Source: Tubiluchus corallicola
Taxonomy: Eukaryota > Animalia > Priapulida
Direction of reading: 5' to 3'
Length of the DNA stretch: 64,000 nt
Assembly (NCBI GenBank): GCA_030141605.1
Contig: JAQGDQ010000005.1
Span: 806,180 to 870,179, forward strand
This document shows, one piece after another, positions 60,801 to 64,000 of this stretch. How positions within the stretch are numbered: the stretch's first letter is position 1; the number at the start of each line of letters is the position of its first letter. The notes beneath the pieces were generated by a model. That model had not been told where the DNA came from. It saw only the letters and a list, made by a program, of their open reading frames with translations, and made no database searches. Position numbers and translations under genes: made by a program.

Positions 60801-63189
60801 TGTGCATTCAAGGTATTTTCCAACGTGAAAACACACTCATTACAATTTCCGACAGGTACTTGAAGGCATGGCTTAATTGGAAATTATCCAATCAAAATTA
60901 GCGGCAACATTGTTTTTTATCACAGGCCTATCTGCGAGAAAAATGCCCCCGTGTATTCAACTTGTGGTTTCGCTGCCCAGCTACACGTGAATGTCTACGT
61001 GCATTACGTAGTTTGTTTGAACCATTGTTTAATACGTAAAGGCACTGTATTGATCGAGTTCTGCAGCTTTGTAGAGTGCTAGATAATAACCGACGTTGCA
61101 TTTACGTGTTTTACTAAATACCTTAGTGTTCATATGTTTCATAGCATTAATTTCAGTTTTCAGGGTGTCAGTATTTTATTGCTTTAGTATAGTTATCCCA
61201 TCATAAGACTTTAGTGTAGTGTTAATGCAGTAGTTGGACTTCAGTATCTGAGAAGTGAATGTGTAGTAAGCATTTCTTTTACATCATTTCTAAATTAACT
61301 TATTTCTAATTAGCTAGGCTGTAAGGGTTGGGTTTAAAACAATGTACGGTTTAATACATTTACACACAACCATATTTCAGATATGTTATGAATCAAGAGT
61401 GAAATTTTGATCGAAAGGTTTACAGCAGTTTTTTTCTTTGGTAACTTTTTTGCACATTAGAACAAAAGGTCATAAAGTTTTTCCTAAATGTTATTTTCCA
61501 ACTTTAGAGCCTATAGCTTTGTTGTATAACATTGCATTTCAACATTACCAATTAATCAATAGCTACAAAAGTTAATCAGTCAATAACTACATGACTTATT
61601 ATAAGTACATTTTTCACGCATAAGAAATTCTGCATACCATAATTTAGATCTCATTTGAGGTCTCCGAAATACCCTTAAATGCAGGAAAATGCATAGGTGG
61701 CTGGGGCCGTGCGACCCACTGCACGCCAACGAATATTAATAATTGTGTTGTGGTTGGTATTGATGGCAAATGAAGCCACGCGATTTGTAAACTTGCGTGC
61801 GAAGTTATGGAATGCATGATAACTGAAATAAGGCATATGCGCGTGAAAGACTTAAAATGCATGTGACACACGCATAATGCGTGAGAGTTGGCAGGTATGG
61901 TAATAGTAGTAGTATGGCAAACCTAATTTTAGTGCTGCTTTCCTCTAAACACGGCAGGCAAGGCTGACAAAATTTTAACCTTATTTAGTTTAACTCATTT
62001 AGACTTTTCTTCACCATCACAAATTGTTCCGCTATACTTTGCTATTGGTCTCTGCCATACATCTGAAAATTCATTCTTTAAATTATTTTTTTCGCCTGCA
62101 CACAGCACAGTTCAGCGCAACATACAATAGGACAACTAGATTTAGGGTTACTTACAGAAATCACAAGCGTGGCTCAGCCTTTCAAATCAGGTTAACAGCT
62201 CACTTAGATCATTGGTCTTTTTGCAAAAATTAAATTCACTGGCCTTTTTGCAAAAAATGATCTTGTACGTATCACATATGTTTTACACATAATTACGTAG
62301 TTCGATAATTTAGTAAAACGACGTATAACTGATTCCTGTGTACAAGTACTATTGGCGATTCGTACCACTGTTAGTGCCCCGTAATGGCATTTCATCTCAC
62401 GTTTTCGAATTAAAAATACTACTGGCCATTTTCTACGACTATCTTCTGTATTTCTTTTCAGTGGCTTGGCAAGTCTGGCATGATAGCAGTGTCTAGATTT
62501 TTCCAGATTATGTGCTGTGTTGATCTGTCTTGAAGGTAGATTTCTTTTTATTTTCGGATTTTTAGCATTTGTGCACTCAGTAATAGATATTGATGATGGA
62601 CATGACTCTTCATTTTATGTTGAAGTGATGCTGACAAGCAATGCCATGGTGTTAACTGAAATAATTGCTGCGTTTATTTATCTTGAGGCCAGTTTTGTTT
62701 TAGAATTCCACCTGCCTATGTTTGCAACACTTTACATAATCTACTTAAATCTATAAGGCATAATTGTGTTGACGATGAATTGCTGTGTTACAACAAGTAG
62801 GGGTGAGCATCAGACATTTGATATTTTTAGTTCAAATTCGATTTGAACCTAAAATTACAGATTCCGATAATTCAGCACATCAACTACATATGTTCTTTAT
62901 CATTAAAACATTTGAAACATTATGCAATCAGCACAATTTAACTGCAATTACCGTGCATAACTTCTAAGTGGATTATTAATGTTTTTACTGCAGAATAAAA
63001 TCAAGTATTATGCACGATCTTTGAGAGATTGTTTTTTTTATTAATGAGCCAGACATTTGTTCAAAAATCTTTAAAAGTGAATTCGATTCCGATTCGAAAT
63101 CTCGAAATTCGGTTTAATTTAGTTTCAAAAGTTTTAAAAAATTAATTACGATCATTCCTTAGTTATACTTTGCCCAACGAAAGTGTTCC

Positions 63190-63680
63190 TTATGATGTAG
63201 TACAACGTCGAAGCCGATACGGCTAAATCAGTATGAGTCAGATGTCCATGAAACCATCTCTTATCCATGACTTGAACCTTCTTGTGTATCCAAGCATCCG
63301 TCTTCTTCATCGAGTTTTTCGGCACAGTTGTTGACTAGGGATCTCCATGCAGGACGGTCGTGAAGCGAAGGAGAGGACGACCAACACTGCGAGAGCCACT
63401 GGTTAGTTCTCCATGAAGAAGGGCCTTTGTCGGTTTCTTATCGTTCATTCTGACCACATGCCCAAACCACCGAAGTTAACCTCGATATCTTCCATCTTGG
63501 CACGAGCCAGCACGTCTTCGTTTGGCACATAGTCGTCCCAGCGAATACGAAGGATGTGACGCAGATGTCTCTGCTGAACCGCATGAAGAGACCTGACCTG
63601 ATCTTGATAGAGCGTCCACGTTTCCTGACCATAGGTAAGCTGCGGAATGATGCATTGCTTGTGATGACACCCAACAAATC
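63190..63680 (-). mobile_element. 5'-truncated RTE-clade LINE fragment
   Basis: Minus-strand translation IIPQLTYGQETWTLY...QQRHLRHILRIRWDDYVPNEDVLARA, then LRWFGHVVRMND...LLHGELTSGSRSVGRPLLRF, typical of the RTE ORF C-terminus. GC content is higher than in the flanks. Confidence 0.88.
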
Positions 63681-64000
63681 AATCAAAATTTTCACATAAC
63701 TGCTACAACTAATTGTACAGTATACGACTGGATGTACAACAAAGTTATTAATAACTTTTTAAATTAAACACGGCCAATTATGATAAAGATTATTATTTCA
63801 AACTTTTCCCAATGTTGAATAAACCTGTTTCAATTGATTTACCTTTAAAATGGCTGTGCCTAACCATCACCGCCAGAGTTTATAATTACAAGTACTTTCA
63901 TACAACGTTACTGCTAATTAAAGCCCTGTATACAATGAAACAGCATGGATGAGATATAAAATTTCAGAAGGATTTTTTAAGCTTTATTTATTAAGTGTTT

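Noticed and set aside
61600-62440. Partial TIR-like ends (gcgtgagagttggcaggtatg; ctggcctttttgcaaaaa)
   Set aside because: Matching partner ends and TSDs could not be established.

Overview
AT-rich, intron-rich DNA from an invertebrate animal, not a prokaryotic region. It holds two spliced minus-strand membrane-trafficking genes whose exons I assembled by hand with consistent GT-AG sites and phases: a classical dynamin (19 coding exons, about 866 aa, 648-22091) and Sec16 (23 coding exons, about 1883 aa, 26638-46658). A full-length but frameshifted non-LTR retrotransposon with a 9-bp target-site duplication (TSD) lies at 47711-52853. An intronless secreted EGF-EGF-discoidin gene lies at 54701-56116. 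Introns and intergenic DNA carry MITEs, a solo LTR, and CR1-, RTE- and pogo-type fragments. The strongest leads are: (1) a lactadherin/Del-1-like protein with KGD where vertebrates have RGD; (2) a pair of mutually exclusive dynamin exons at the stalk-PH linker; (3) a candidate dynamin terminal exon with a calcineurin-docking-like PKVTIS motif; (4) repeated TAATG stop-start junctions in the LINE. All come from reading the sequence alone; no searches were run.
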